From Candidatus Nanoarchaeia archaeon (GTDB lineage: Archaea; Nanobdellota; Nanobdellia; SCGC-AAA011-G17; GW2011-AR18): 64,000 bases of DNA. The DNA lies in assembly GCA_035288845.1 (NCBI GenBank), contig DATDZB010000009.1:8814-72813 (forward strand). Reading direction: 5' to 3'. Position numbers and translations under genes: made by a program. How positions within the stretch are numbered: position 1 is the stretch's first letter; each line of letters begins with the position of its first letter. The notes below the pieces were generated by a model. That model had not been told where the DNA came from, searched no databases, and was given only the letters and a program-made list of their open reading frames with translations. Shown here piece after piece: positions 1-9,887 of this stretch.

Positions 1-96
1 ATCTTTAAATTTCTTAAAAAACCATTCTCTAATAAAAGGATGTAATAATTCTTTAATAGTTTGAGAGCTATCTGGCTTATTCTTAACTTCAATCAT
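1..96 (-). CDS. 5' end of a helicase-like gene (Lhr/DEAD-like N-terminus), truncated by window edge
   Basis: Not in the ORF track. The reverse strand has ATG at 96..94, then MIEVKNKPDSSQTIKELLHPFIREWFFKKFKD running off the window. 'LxPxIxxWFxxxF' resembles the start of Lhr-type helicases. Tentative. Confidence 0.35.
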   Translation of the reverse strand, partial: MIEVKNKPDSSQTIKELLHPFIREWFFKKFKD

Positions 97-178
97 AGTA
101 CTAGTAAAAAAGATAATTTAAAAAGGCTTACGCGTACAGGTTGTCGTGTCGTCTATAGTTGTGCTAAAGAATATATGT

Positions 179-595
179 CTATTTAGGAATATAACTTTTT
201 TGAGAAATATCATAATCACTCAAGTTAGGAAGCTCACTAGAAGCAGAAGTATAAACTGAATCAATTAAAACAGTTATATCTTCTAAAAAGTCAAAACCTC
301 TTTTTTTCCCAAAATGGGTAAGTAAATTATCAGGAACTTGTCTATTTTTAGTAATTTCTAAAATAGTTCTTTTATCTTCTAATCCAATCACAAGTAATTC
401 TAAAAATGACCTACCAGAATTGTCTATAAAGTATTTAGCTACAGGAGGTAATTTAATTTCACTCATAAGACCTGAAAAAGTTTCATAATCAGTTTCAACA
501 GAAATAGCATATTCAAAGAGAGATTTAGCTATTTCAACAGTAAGATTTCTATTGGCCTCTGAATAAATAGGTCGATTTGGTTTTTCTGTTTCCAT
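179..595 (-). CDS. hypothetical protein
   Basis: 138-aa ORF in an AT-rich genome where random ORFs are short. No recognisable motif. Confidence 0.5.
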   Translation of the reverse strand: METEKPNRPIYSEANRNLTVEIAKSLFEYAISVETDYETFSGLMSEIKLPPVAKYFIDNSGRSFLELLVIGLEDKRTILEITKNRQVPDNLLTHFGKKRGFDFLEDITVLIDSVYTSASSELPNLSDYDISQKSYIPK

Positions 596-628
596 AAAAG
601 TAAATAATTCATTAACTTAAAAAACTAA

Positions 629-916
629 CTAAGGTTTAGGAATTAAAGAATATAATCTTTTAGCTTCAGCAACAATTTCTTCATGCATAGATGCAAGTAT
701 TCCAACAGCAGAAACACACGAATTCCTACAATTACTATAGGTCATTTGTAAATCCATATCTAATTGAGAGAGAACATCTTCGTAAAGTTGATAATTTTCA
801 TTCAAGCCTATAACTGTTTTTCTATCAGATTTTTCAGCAGCCTTAATCATCTTTCCTAGAATTTTATACATATTTTTTAAATCAGAAACAAAAGTTTCAT
901 TATCTTTCTTAGTCAT
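629..916 (-). CDS. hypothetical protein
   Basis: 95-aa ORF, co-directional with and adjacent to 179..595. No recognisable motif. Confidence 0.45.
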   Translation of the reverse strand: MTKKDNETFVSDLKNMYKILGKMIKAAEKSDRKTVIGLNENYQLYEDVLSQLDMDLQMTYSNCRNSCVSAVGILASMHEEIVAEAKRLYSLIPKP

Positions 917-1170
917 ACCAATTAAATAATTAACAAATATAAAAACCTAATGAATTCAAAAGTCTTTTTCTCTAATTAACATAATACCAATTAAAATTAA
1001 AGAAACATATAAACTGCCAGAAGGAAAAATCTGGAAAAATCTAATTTATCTAAAAATCATGATAAATACTCAAAAAACTGATTTAAAAAACTTAGGATTA
1101 ACTGAAAAGAAGTAATTATTGTGAAATATTATAAAGCAAAATATTTTTAAAGTAAGATAAAGTTTTATTT

Positions 1171-1797
1171 ATGATAATGCCTAAAAAGAAAGAAGAAATA
1201 CAAGAAAAAGTCAATGTAGCAATACAAACCTATAACAAAATAGCTTCTATTTACAAAGAAAAAATTGAAAACAAGCTTTTGCAGTTTCAATTAACTAAGT
1301 TTGTTTCTATGTTAGCAGAAAAAGCTAAAGTATTAGATGCAGGTTCTAGTTGTGGTAGAGACTCAGCTTACTTAAAAGAAGATAATCTAGATGTAACTTC
1401 TATAGATTTATCAGAAGCAATGATAAAAGAAGCTAAAGACTTAGGTGTAGAAACATTAAAAGAAGATTTATTAAAAATAAAATATGACAAAGAGTTTGAT
1501 GGTATCTGGTGTATGGCAACTCTGGCTGATATAGAAAAAAAAGAAGCTCCAACATTTATAAAAAATTTAAATAAAGCATTAAAAGATGAAGGAATTTTAT
1601 ATTTAGCAGTTAAAGAAGGTGAAGGTGAACATTTAATAGAAAAAAAAGAATATGAAAATCACCCAAGATTTTATGCTTTTTACAAAAAAGAAGAACTAAA
1701 AAAATTATTAGAAGAAAATGGTTTTAAAATTCTAGAATTAACTGAAGATATAGATAATAAAAATAAATGGTTAGAAGTTTTTGCAAGAAAGAATTAA
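1171..1797 (+). CDS. class I SAM-dependent methyltransferase
   Basis: Motif I 'VLDAGSSCGRD', followed by the acidic 'DLS' and 'FDGIWC' motifs typical of Rossmann-fold methyltransferases. Confidence 0.75.
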   Translation: MIMPKKKEEIQEKVNVAIQTYNKIASIYKEKIENKLLQFQLTKFVSMLAEKAKVLDAGSSCGRDSAYLKEDNLDVTSIDLSEAMIKEAKDLGVETLKEDLLKIKYDKEFDGIWCMATLADIEKKEAPTFIKNLNKALKDEGILYLAVKEGEGEHLIEKKEYENHPRFYAFYKKEELKKLLEENGFKILELTEDIDNKNKWLEVFARKN

Positions 1798-1842
1798 TTT
1801 AAAAAACGATAAATTTATTAAATTAAAAATTATAAAATTATC

Positions 1843-2325
1843 ATGGTTGGAAAGATGGGTGAAAAAGAATTAAGAGAAGTTCTACAAAGAGTATATGCCC
1901 ACACATTAAAAATTAATGATGCAATGCGTATAATAATGCCACATATTGGAAATAATGAAAAAGTAATAAAAGATCAACCAAAAGTTGAAACACTGATTAA
2001 CAAAGGTACAGGTCAACCAATTCTAAAAAGAGAAATAATTAGAATTAAAGATATTGTGGAATTAGAGACTGGAGATATGGTGCTTTACCCAATAATAGAT
2101 AATAGAAGAGGGATTGATCCTGCTTTTTTCCCACCTGAATTTTTCGATTATGAATATGGTAAGGATTGTAATAAAGCAACACCGGCTAAAGTTGAATGGA
2201 AAAATCCTAAACCAATTCTAAAAGATTCTAATGAGGTAAAAAATTTAATAAGAGCTATTAACCAAGGTGATCTTAGATTTACAGACGTATTCTTTTGTCT
2301 TAAAAAAGGAAGATTATTTAATTAA
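1843..2325 (+). CDS. hypothetical protein
   Basis: 160-aa ORF with no recognisable motif. Confidence 0.45.
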   Translation: MVGKMGEKELREVLQRVYAHTLKINDAMRIIMPHIGNNEKVIKDQPKVETLINKGTGQPILKREIIRIKDIVELETGDMVLYPIIDNRRGIDPAFFPPEFFDYEYGKDCNKATPAKVEWKNPKPILKDSNEVKNLIRAINQGDLRFTDVFFCLKKGRLFN

Positions 2326-3962
2326 TTTAATAGTTTTTCAGCAGTACTTTGTTTAACAACTTTGTAAATTTTTATTTTGCATTTTTTAGCAACTTCAGAA
2401 ACATATTTAGCTTCATCACTCCAATTACCCCATTTGTTAGTAAATTCTTCAGCAGCTTTAATATCTCCATTTGCTTGAATAATTAAAATCTCTTTCAATA
2501 ATGAATCATTAGCTTCGATTAATTTATCAAAGTCCAGAGAAAATTTAGAGCCATCAAACAACAAAGCTTTATTTTTTAAAAAATAATTAAATTTAATCAA
2601 TCTACCAACAGCATGAGTATCTTTTTCAATATTTGGTTTATTTAATTGTAAATTTCCTCTTAAACCGCCATAAGTATAAATTTCTTTAGCTTCTGTTTCA
2701 GAATACAATCCTTGTTTTAATAAATATGGAGCATTATGTAAAGAAACTAAATCAGCTTTTAATTCTTCAATTATTCCTTGATAAAATCCTAAAGCAGAAT
2801 CAACAGGAATTCTATTTCCTTTATCATCTTTTTTTAAACTTAATTTTAATCCTAAAGAATGACCAACTTCATGTCCAATTGTAAAATTAATATTTCCTTT
2901 TTGATTACAATAAACGTGTAGTTTTTTATCAATTAACTTATCTAAAACTTCTTGATTAGGCTTCATTCCTTCTAAAATATTTTTATAAATTAATATTTTT
3001 CTTCCATGTTGCTGAATAATTTTTTCATCATTAGGTAAAGTTTGAGCGACAATCATACCAGGTTTTTTAGCTTGTAAATCTCCAGCCATAAATAAAACAT
3101 CAACAACAGAAACAGGAACATTAATTTTTTTCATATCTTTAGCCAATTTAATATCTTGAGGTAAAGAATTCTCTAATTCTTGTAAATGATTAATATATTC
3201 AGAAACTTTATCTGATTCAACTGGATTTTTAACACATAACAAACCAGAGTAAAATGCTTTCTTACTAAATAACCTATCCTCATATTCTTCAAGTAAACCT
3301 ATTGTTAAATCAATTGGAGAATTAACTGAATTAATCCAATCAATTTCACTAGAAAAATAATCTCCAGAAAGTAAAGCCTTAGATCTAGATTTTAAATATT
3401 GAGAAAATTCTTTATCTTTAATATCATTAGAAGCACTTTCTAATAATTGAGAAGCTTCTTTTAAGTGATCAAAATATTCTTTTTCAAAAGTAACAGCAGT
3501 AAAATTATTATTTAATCTTCTAACAATCGTATTTCTTTTAGAAATTTCAGTTTCATTTTCAAAATATTTTTTTAATTCTTCAGTATTTACATCTTCAGGA
3601 TAAACAGTTCCACCTCTAGGTCTATCTTTAATTCCATCAAAAAACTTAATAGTATTGTTTTCATCATCAATTCTCTCTGGTCCATTAAAAATATTAAATA
3701 AATCTAAGTAAACATCTGCACCAGTTACAGAATTAACATAATCATCAATTAATTTATTTTTAACTTCTAAACTTTGTGGATGATCTTGTATTAAAAACAA
3801 AGTATCAATAATTTGTAAAGCTTTAATTAATTTAGGCAATGCTTTTTTATATCCTTCATCCAAATGATCTAATTTAATATCAAAATCAAAAAATAAAGCT
3901 TTTTCTTCTGTTAAGTAATATTCTTTTAATTTTTCTGCATTAGAATAATCAAATTTAATCAT
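2322..3962 (-). CDS. zinc metallopeptidase, DPP III (M49)-like
   Basis: 'FTIGHEVGHSLG' (HExxH) followed about 40 aa later by 'EELKADL', resembling the second M49 motif (EExxAD/E). The family call is tentative. Confidence 0.5.
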   Translation of the reverse strand: MIKFDYSNAEKLKEYYLTEEKALFFDFDIKLDHLDEGYKKALPKLIKALQIIDTLFLIQDHPQSLEVKNKLIDDYVNSVTGADVYLDLFNIFNGPERIDDENNTIKFFDGIKDRPRGGTVYPEDVNTEELKKYFENETEISKRNTIVRRLNNNFTAVTFEKEYFDHLKEASQLLESASNDIKDKEFSQYLKSRSKALLSGDYFSSEIDWINSVNSPIDLTIGLLEEYEDRLFSKKAFYSGLLCVKNPVESDKVSEYINHLQELENSLPQDIKLAKDMKKINVPVSVVDVLFMAGDLQAKKPGMIVAQTLPNDEKIIQQHGRKILIYKNILEGMKPNQEVLDKLIDKKLHVYCNQKGNINFTIGHEVGHSLGLKLSLKKDDKGNRIPVDSALGFYQGIIEELKADLVSLHNAPYLLKQGLYSETEAKEIYTYGGLRGNLQLNKPNIEKDTHAVGRLIKFNYFLKNKALLFDGSKFSLDFDKLIEANDSLLKEILIIQANGDIKAAEEFTNKWGNWSDEAKYVSEVAKKCKIKIYKVVKQSTAEKLLN

Positions 3963-4004
3963 AATTATTTAAATTAAAAACAATATATAAGAATTATGGT
4001 AAAA

Positions 4005-4343
4005 CTAAAGTAACTTCAAACCTTTAATAACTAAATCTATTTTCTTTTCATCATCTGGACCTATTCCTAAACAAGTAGTAGTACCAGGATCAACAGTTGT
4101 TCTTCCAGCATCAGTAATTAAAGCAGTAACTAATCCCAAATCTTTAGCAATTTGATTAAAACTGCTTAATTCCTTTAAACTTTCAACTTTAAGAACAATT
4201 TTAGCCATACCTTCATTTCTCCAAGATTTAACTTTGTCTTTATCACTTTTCAGAACACATTCAACAGAAGCATGCGCAACTTGAGAAGATAACTTGCCTT
4301 TTGGTAAATCTAAATCTTTTCTAACTAAAATTGCTTGTTTCAT
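4005..4343 (-). CDS. pth2: peptidyl-tRNA hydrolase, archaeal/eukaryotic Pth2 type
   Basis: 112 aa. 'KQAILVRKDLDLPKGKLSSQVAHAS' and 'ITDAGRTTVDPGTTTCLGIGP' are characteristic PTH2 blocks. Confidence 0.9.
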   Translation of the reverse strand: MKQAILVRKDLDLPKGKLSSQVAHASVECVLKSDKDKVKSWRNEGMAKIVLKVESLKELSSFNQIAKDLGLVTALITDAGRTTVDPGTTTCLGIGPDDEKKIDLVIKGLKLL

Positions 4344-4393
4344 GATATTTCAGAGAGAGTTAGGTTTATAATTATTTTGAAATTTCTAAAAAT

Positions 4394-4810
4394 ATGAAAT
4401 TAGAAAAAAGCCCAATAATAAAATTAGATTTAAATGTTATAAAGCTTTTCGGCTGGGAAAGACAAGTATATGATAAATTACTAGAGAGCATAATTAAAGG
4501 AATAGAACAAAATGCAAAATTTCCACCGATATATATTGAAAGAGTAGGAGAAAATTATTGGTTAGATGGTAGAGCGAGATTTGATATAAAACCAGATATC
4601 CCTGGATACCATAAACTTGCAGATGGGGGACATCATAGAGCAGTTGCTCATTATATTCTGAATGTTCCAATAAGGTGTATTTTAACAAGAGCCAGAGAAA
4701 TAAGAAGTTCTGATTTTCCCGAAAGAACATGGGTTGGAGACATAAAAATAATAGAAGATAGAAGAGGAGAATATACCTTTAAAAGAGGTATTTTTCCAAA
4801 TTATATTTAA
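4394..4810 (+). CDS. hypothetical protein, possible ParB/sulfiredoxin-like fold
   Basis: 'LADGGHHRAVAH' resembles the DGxHR motif of ParB-like nuclease domains. Weak. Confidence 0.35.
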   Translation: MKLEKSPIIKLDLNVIKLFGWERQVYDKLLESIIKGIEQNAKFPPIYIERVGENYWLDGRARFDIKPDIPGYHKLADGGHHRAVAHYILNVPIRCILTRAREIRSSDFPERTWVGDIKIIEDRRGEYTFKRGIFPNYI

Positions 4811-6567
4811 ACCAATTTCTTAAGTTCATCAATCATTTCTTTAATTAAATCAAAACCTTTTTGCCAGAATTTCTCATCTTCAATATCAATATTAATTTCT
4901 TTTAATATTTTAGCTGAATTCTCAGATCCACCATAACTTAATATTTTTAAATATTTAGGAACAAAACTTTTTCCTTCTTCCCTATATTTTTCATAAAGAG
5001 ATAAAACTAGTAAATTACCAAATGAATAAGAATAGCAATAAAATGGCGTATGGAAAATATGAGGTATACTTAACCATTCATATTGAAATTCTTCATTAAT
5101 TTTAACAGAATTACCAAATTGTTCTTTTAATACTTCCAAATAAGCTTTTTTAAGTTCTTCTAATCCAGCACCCTTAGCAATTAATTCATGAGCTTTAATT
5201 TCAAAGTCAACAAAATAAATTTGTCTTAAAGTTGTAGCATAAAGATCATCTAAATTATGAGCTAATAAATATTTTTTAAAGTTCTTATCTTTAGATTCTT
5301 TCATTAATTTATCAAATAATAACATCTCTCCAAAAGTAGAAGCAGTTTCAGCTAAAGTTAAAGGAGGATGTGCAGTTAAATTAGAATGTTTACTAGTAAG
5401 CAAATCATGAACTCCATGTCCTAATTCATGAGCCATAGTAAAAACATCTCTTAATTTTGAATTAAAGTTTAATAAAACATATGGTGTAATTCCAGGTCCA
5501 ACATCCATGCAATAAGCTCCGCCCATTTTATTTTTTCTAAGTAAATAATCAATATGTTTTTCATCTACAATTTTCTTAGCTAATTTATACATTTCTGGTG
5601 AATAATCATAATAAGAATCAAAAACTAATTTCTGCGCATCTTCATAACTATATTTTTTATCATAATTTCCATAAGGAACATACACATCATATCTATTCAT
5701 AACTTTAAGTTTACAAAGCTTAGTTTTTAATTTAAAATATTCTTGAAATAAATTTTTATTTTTCTTGCAAACTTTAATTAAAACTTCAATAGATTTATCG
5801 CTAATATCATTGGATTTATTTCTAATAGTCATAGGACTTTCAAATTTTCTTAAATTAATTCCTTCATTCTTCCAATCTAAAATTATATTTCTATAAACTT
5901 CATTTAACACATCTTGGTTTTTAGAATAAACATCATAAAGTGCTTGATAAGCAGCTTTCCTAACATTAGCTTTGGGATGTTTAACATAATCTGCTAATTG
6001 TTCTCTACTTAATATTTGAGTTTTACCACCAATTTTTAAAGTAAATGTAAAAGCACTTGTAATTATATCATAAATTTTAATTAAAGCAGCACTGCTTGTT
6101 ATACCTTTAATATTTAATATTTTTTCTTCTGGCTCACTTAAAATATATTTTTTTAATAATCTAGCATATTGTAAATAATATTTATATTCTCTATCAACAC
6201 CATTAATTATATTGCTTGCATTTTCTTCATCTAAAGATTTAAACCATAAACTAAAAAACATGATTCTATTATCAACATCAACAACTATTTCATCAATTTT
6301 TGACATAAAATTCTTAGCTGCAGAATTGCTAGTATCTTCAGAAAACCACAAATAAGCATAAGAATGTAATTTATTACATATTAAAGATATTTTCTCCTTA
6401 GTTTTAAGAACATTCATAAATTCTTGAGGAGGAAAATTAGGTTTTAATCTAGTTTTATAAGCTTCTATATGTTTAACATGATTTTCTAAATCATTAAGTA
6501 ATGAATTGTATCCTTTAGAATCAATTTGAGGTAACAAGTCTTTTTTATCCCAAGTTTTAGAAGCCAT
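4807..6567 (-). CDS. pepF: oligoendopeptidase F (M3B)
   Basis: 586 aa with 'TMAHELGHGVH' (HExxH) and a downstream 'ETASTFGE' Glu ligand block. Length and layout fit PepF. Confidence 0.85.
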   Translation of the reverse strand: MASKTWDKKDLLPQIDSKGYNSLLNDLENHVKHIEAYKTRLKPNFPPQEFMNVLKTKEKISLICNKLHSYAYLWFSEDTSNSAAKNFMSKIDEIVVDVDNRIMFFSLWFKSLDEENASNIINGVDREYKYYLQYARLLKKYILSEPEEKILNIKGITSSAALIKIYDIITSAFTFTLKIGGKTQILSREQLADYVKHPKANVRKAAYQALYDVYSKNQDVLNEVYRNIILDWKNEGINLRKFESPMTIRNKSNDISDKSIEVLIKVCKKNKNLFQEYFKLKTKLCKLKVMNRYDVYVPYGNYDKKYSYEDAQKLVFDSYYDYSPEMYKLAKKIVDEKHIDYLLRKNKMGGAYCMDVGPGITPYVLLNFNSKLRDVFTMAHELGHGVHDLLTSKHSNLTAHPPLTLAETASTFGEMLLFDKLMKESKDKNFKKYLLAHNLDDLYATTLRQIYFVDFEIKAHELIAKGAGLEELKKAYLEVLKEQFGNSVKINEEFQYEWLSIPHIFHTPFYCYSYSFGNLLVLSLYEKYREEGKSFVPKYLKILSYGGSENSAKILKEINIDIEDEKFWQKGFDLIKEMIDELKKLV

Positions 6568-6657
6568 AAAAAATTATTGGAATAGGTATATAAAAGTGTA
6601 TCTATTAAATCCAAGTAAACAATTAACTTTATAAAATACAAATAGATCAAAACAATT

Positions 6658-8430
6658 ATGACTTATAGAACAAATACTTGTGGAGAATTAACTGAAAAAG
6701 AACTAAAGAAAGAAGTAGAACTTTCTGGTTGGGTAGCAACTAGAAGAGACCATGGTGGAATAATTTTCATTGATTTAAGAGATAGATATGGTATTACTCA
6801 AGTAGTTCTAGATCCAAAGAAAATACCAGAAGCCAATAACCTAAGAAGAGAATGGTGTATAAAAATATCTGGAAAAGTAAGAGCAAGACCTAAAGGAATG
6901 GAAAATCCTAAAATGAAAACAGGTAAAATAGAAGTTGAATCAAATAAATTAGAAATTTTAAACGAATCTGAAACTCCTCCATTTGAAATTGATGATAGGG
7001 TTGAAACAAGTGAAGAAGTAAGATTAAAATATAGATATTTAGATTTAAGAAAAAAACATTTACAAGAAAATATAATATTTAGATCAGAAGTAATAAAGTT
7101 TTTAAGAGATTGGATGCATAATAAAAATTTTATAGAGATTGAAACTCCAATTTTAACAGTTTCTTCTCCAGAAGGAGCAAGAGATTTCTTAGTACCTTCA
7201 AGATTACATCCAGGTAAATTTTATGCATTACCGCAAGCACCACAGCAATATAAACAATTATTAATGGTTGCTGGTTTTGATAGATATTTCCAAGTAGCTC
7301 CTTGTATGAGAGACGAAGATGCAAGAGCAGATAGAAGTCCAGGAGAATTTTACCAATTAGATACAGAAACAAGTTTCTTAACACAAGATGAATTTTTTGA
7401 ATTAATGGAACCATTGTTTATAGAAACCAGTAAAAAGTTTACAAATAAAAAAATATTAAAAATTCCATTTCCAAGAATACCTTACAAAGAAGCAATGTTG
7501 AAATATGGAAATGATAAACCAGATTTAAGATTTAATTTAGAAATTCAAGATATAAGTAAATTAGTAAAAGATTGTAAATTTGATGTTTTCAAAAACATTG
7601 TAAAAGAAAATGGATTTGTAAGAATGTTAAAAGCATCAGATGCTGCAAATAAATTTACAAGAAAAGATTTAGATGAATTAACAGAATTAGCTAAAAGCAA
7701 CGGAGCAGGCGGTTTAGCTTACATTTCATTAAAAGACAAAGAAATAAAATCACCATTGAGTAAATTCTTAGGAGATGATTTAATTAATAAAATAATAAAA
7801 GAAGCAAATGCAAAAGATGGCGATATAATATTCTTTGGAGCAGATAAAGAAAATAAAGTATGTAAAATAATGAGCTCAATAAGAATAGAATTAGCAAAAA
7901 GATTAAACTTAATTGACGAGAATCTATTAGCTTGGCTTTGGATAGTTGACTTTCCAATGTTTGAATTTAATGAAGAAGAAAATAAAATAGATTTCATGCA
8001 TAATCCATTTTCAATGCCTCAAGGTGGTTTAGAAGCGCTAGAAAAAAAGGATCCACTAACAATTTTAGCTTATCAATATGATATTGTTTGTAATGGGTAT
8101 GAATTATCTTCAGGTGCTGTAAGAAATAATATTCCTGAAATAATGTATAAAGCATTTAATATTGCAGGTTATAAAAAAGAAACTGTTGATAAGAAATTTG
8201 GTCATATGATAAGTGCTTTCAAATTTGGAGCTCCTCCTCACTGTGGTTTTGCACCAGGAATTGAAAGAATGGTAATGATTTTAAGAGGAGAAAATAACAT
8301 AAGGGAAATAACAGCATTCCCTAAAAATAAATCTGCAGAAGATCTAATGATGGGTGCTCCTTCTGAAGTAGATCCAAAACAATTAAAAGATCTTAATATA
8401 AAGCTAGATATTGTTAAAAAACAAAACTAA
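6658..8430 (+). CDS. aspS: aspartyl-tRNA synthetase, long bacterial-type with insertion (GAD) domain
   Basis: 590 aa. It has an N-terminal OB fold, class II motifs ('FYQLDTETSF', 'GFAPGIERMVM') and a roughly 130-aa insertion between motifs 2 and 3. Archaeal-type AspRS is about 430 aa without this insertion. Confidence 0.95.
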   Translation: MTYRTNTCGELTEKELKKEVELSGWVATRRDHGGIIFIDLRDRYGITQVVLDPKKIPEANNLRREWCIKISGKVRARPKGMENPKMKTGKIEVESNKLEILNESETPPFEIDDRVETSEEVRLKYRYLDLRKKHLQENIIFRSEVIKFLRDWMHNKNFIEIETPILTVSSPEGARDFLVPSRLHPGKFYALPQAPQQYKQLLMVAGFDRYFQVAPCMRDEDARADRSPGEFYQLDTETSFLTQDEFFELMEPLFIETSKKFTNKKILKIPFPRIPYKEAMLKYGNDKPDLRFNLEIQDISKLVKDCKFDVFKNIVKENGFVRMLKASDAANKFTRKDLDELTELAKSNGAGGLAYISLKDKEIKSPLSKFLGDDLINKIIKEANAKDGDIIFFGADKENKVCKIMSSIRIELAKRLNLIDENLLAWLWIVDFPMFEFNEEENKIDFMHNPFSMPQGGLEALEKKDPLTILAYQYDIVCNGYELSSGAVRNNIPEIMYKAFNIAGYKKETVDKKFGHMISAFKFGAPPHCGFAPGIERMVMILRGENNIREITAFPKNKSAEDLMMGAPSEVDPKQLKDLNIKLDIVKKQN

Positions 8431-8467
8431 AGATAAACTTATAAATATTAATAAATTATAAATTAAA

Positions 8468-8842
8468 ATGGAAGTCCCTAAATCATTAAGAATTTGGTAT
8501 GTAATACACTTTTTCGCAGATATTTTATTTGCAATACCTTTATTTATATTTCCAGAATATACATTAAGTTTACTAGGTTTTACAACAATTGATGTTGTTA
8601 CAGCAAGATTAGTGGCAGCTGCTTTAATTGGAATAGGAACTGCTTCGCTATTACAAAGAAATAATAAAATTGAATCTTTCCAAAGTACTTTAACAATAAA
8701 AGTGATTTGGTCAGTTACAGCAATTTTAGGATTAATAATTTCAATATTAACAAATAAAGCACCAATGTTAACTTGGTTAATAGTATTAATATTTGTAATA
8801 TTTTCAGGAACTTGGATTTATTACAAGATAAAATTAAAATGA
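8468..8842 (+). CDS. small integral membrane protein (about 4 TM)
   Basis: Four hydrophobic segments. Its stop overlaps the next start in an ATGA junction. Confidence 0.5.
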   Translation: MEVPKSLRIWYVIHFFADILFAIPLFIFPEYTLSLLGFTTIDVVTARLVAAALIGIGTASLLQRNNKIESFQSTLTIKVIWSVTAILGLIISILTNKAPMLTWLIVLIFVIFSGTWIYYKIKLK

Positions 8843-9498
8843 AAAATAAAATTGGAACAATTATAGGATTATTAGCAATAATAACAAGTCTAATATTAAT
8901 TGGAATAATGGCAAAGATAATTATACCACAAATCCCCAATCATTTAATAATATTTTTAATTTCAATACCAATTGGAATATTATTTATGGATTTTGTATCT
9001 GGTCTAGCTCATTGGGCAGGAGATACTTGGGGAAATGAATATTGGCCAATATTGGGAAAATCATTCATAAGACCATTTAGAGAGCACCATACAGATCAAA
9101 AAGAAATTACTAAACATAATTTTATTAAAACAAACATAAACAATGCAATAATAACAATTCCATTTTTAATATTGGCAATAAACTTAGCACTCTCAGATTT
9201 AAAAAGTAATTTTTTAATAGGAAGTACTTCATTAGTAGTAGCATTACTGGCTTTATTTACAAATCAAATTCACAAATGGGCACATACAAAAAGAGTTAAT
9301 AGATTCGTAAGATATTTACAAAAAAAGAGATTAATATTATCACCAGAAAATCATAAAATACATCATACAAAACCACATACAGATTATTATTCAATAACAA
9401 ACGGTTGGACTAATAAATTATTATACAAAATAAAATTCTACAGATTATTGGAATACCTTATTAGTAAATTAACTGGCGCAACCCCTAGAGATTATTAA
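8839..9498 (+). CDS. PEDS1/TMEM189/CarF-family membrane lipid desaturase
   Basis: Start moved to the in-frame ATG at 8839 (ATGA overlap). 'GLAHWAGDTWG', 'FIRPFREHHTDQ', 'FTNQIHKWAHT', 'HKIHHTKPH' and 'ITNGW' match the His-box blocks of human TMEM189/PEDS1 almost residue for residue. Confidence 0.85.
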   Translation: MKNKIGTIIGLLAIITSLILIGIMAKIIIPQIPNHLIIFLISIPIGILFMDFVSGLAHWAGDTWGNEYWPILGKSFIRPFREHHTDQKEITKHNFIKTNINNAIITIPFLILAINLALSDLKSNFLIGSTSLVVALLALFTNQIHKWAHTKRVNRFVRYLQKKRLILSPENHKIHHTKPHTDYYSITNGWTNKLLYKIKFYRLLEYLISKLTGATPRDY

Positions 9499-9863
9499 TT
9501 ATATTTAAACAATCTTTTTTCTGATTCAACTACTTGTAAAACAGTAAAAGTTCTAGCAACTAATTCTTTATATTTTGTTTTTCCCAAAGATTTTTCATAT
9601 TTTTCTTTATTTTGTTCAAGGTCACTTAAGAAATTAGTTAAATAAATAATATGTTCTTTTCTTGAACCATCAATAATTATTCGTTTTTTAAAAGCATTTT
9701 GAATATTATCTAAGGTAGAATCTAATCCATCAAGACTTTTATTAAAAAAATAATTATTCACTTGATTTTCAATTGGTTGTTTTATAAGATGAACTGCCCC
9801 ACCAATCCCAATACCTGTTCCAATAGTTAATAATAAAGATCTTAATTTAGATTTAAAAGACAT
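9495..9863 (-). CDS. hypothetical N-terminally membrane-anchored protein
   Basis: 122 aa with an N-terminal hydrophobic segment 'LLLTIGTGIGIGGAVHLI'. Confidence 0.45.
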   Translation of the reverse strand: MSFKSKLRSLLLTIGTGIGIGGAVHLIKQPIENQVNNYFFNKSLDGLDSTLDNIQNAFKKRIIIDGSRKEHIIYLTNFLSDLEQNKEKYEKSLGKTKYKELVARTFTVLQVVESEKRLFKYN

Positions 9864-9887
9864 AAAATAAGCTATTATAGTAATTAT

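Noticed and set aside
4494-8939. Antisense ORFs 4494..4730, 7130..7414, 7719..7997 and 8715..8939.
   Set aside because: They are embedded opposite well-supported genes (the ParB-like ORF, aspS and the membrane/desaturase pair) and have shadow-ORF composition.
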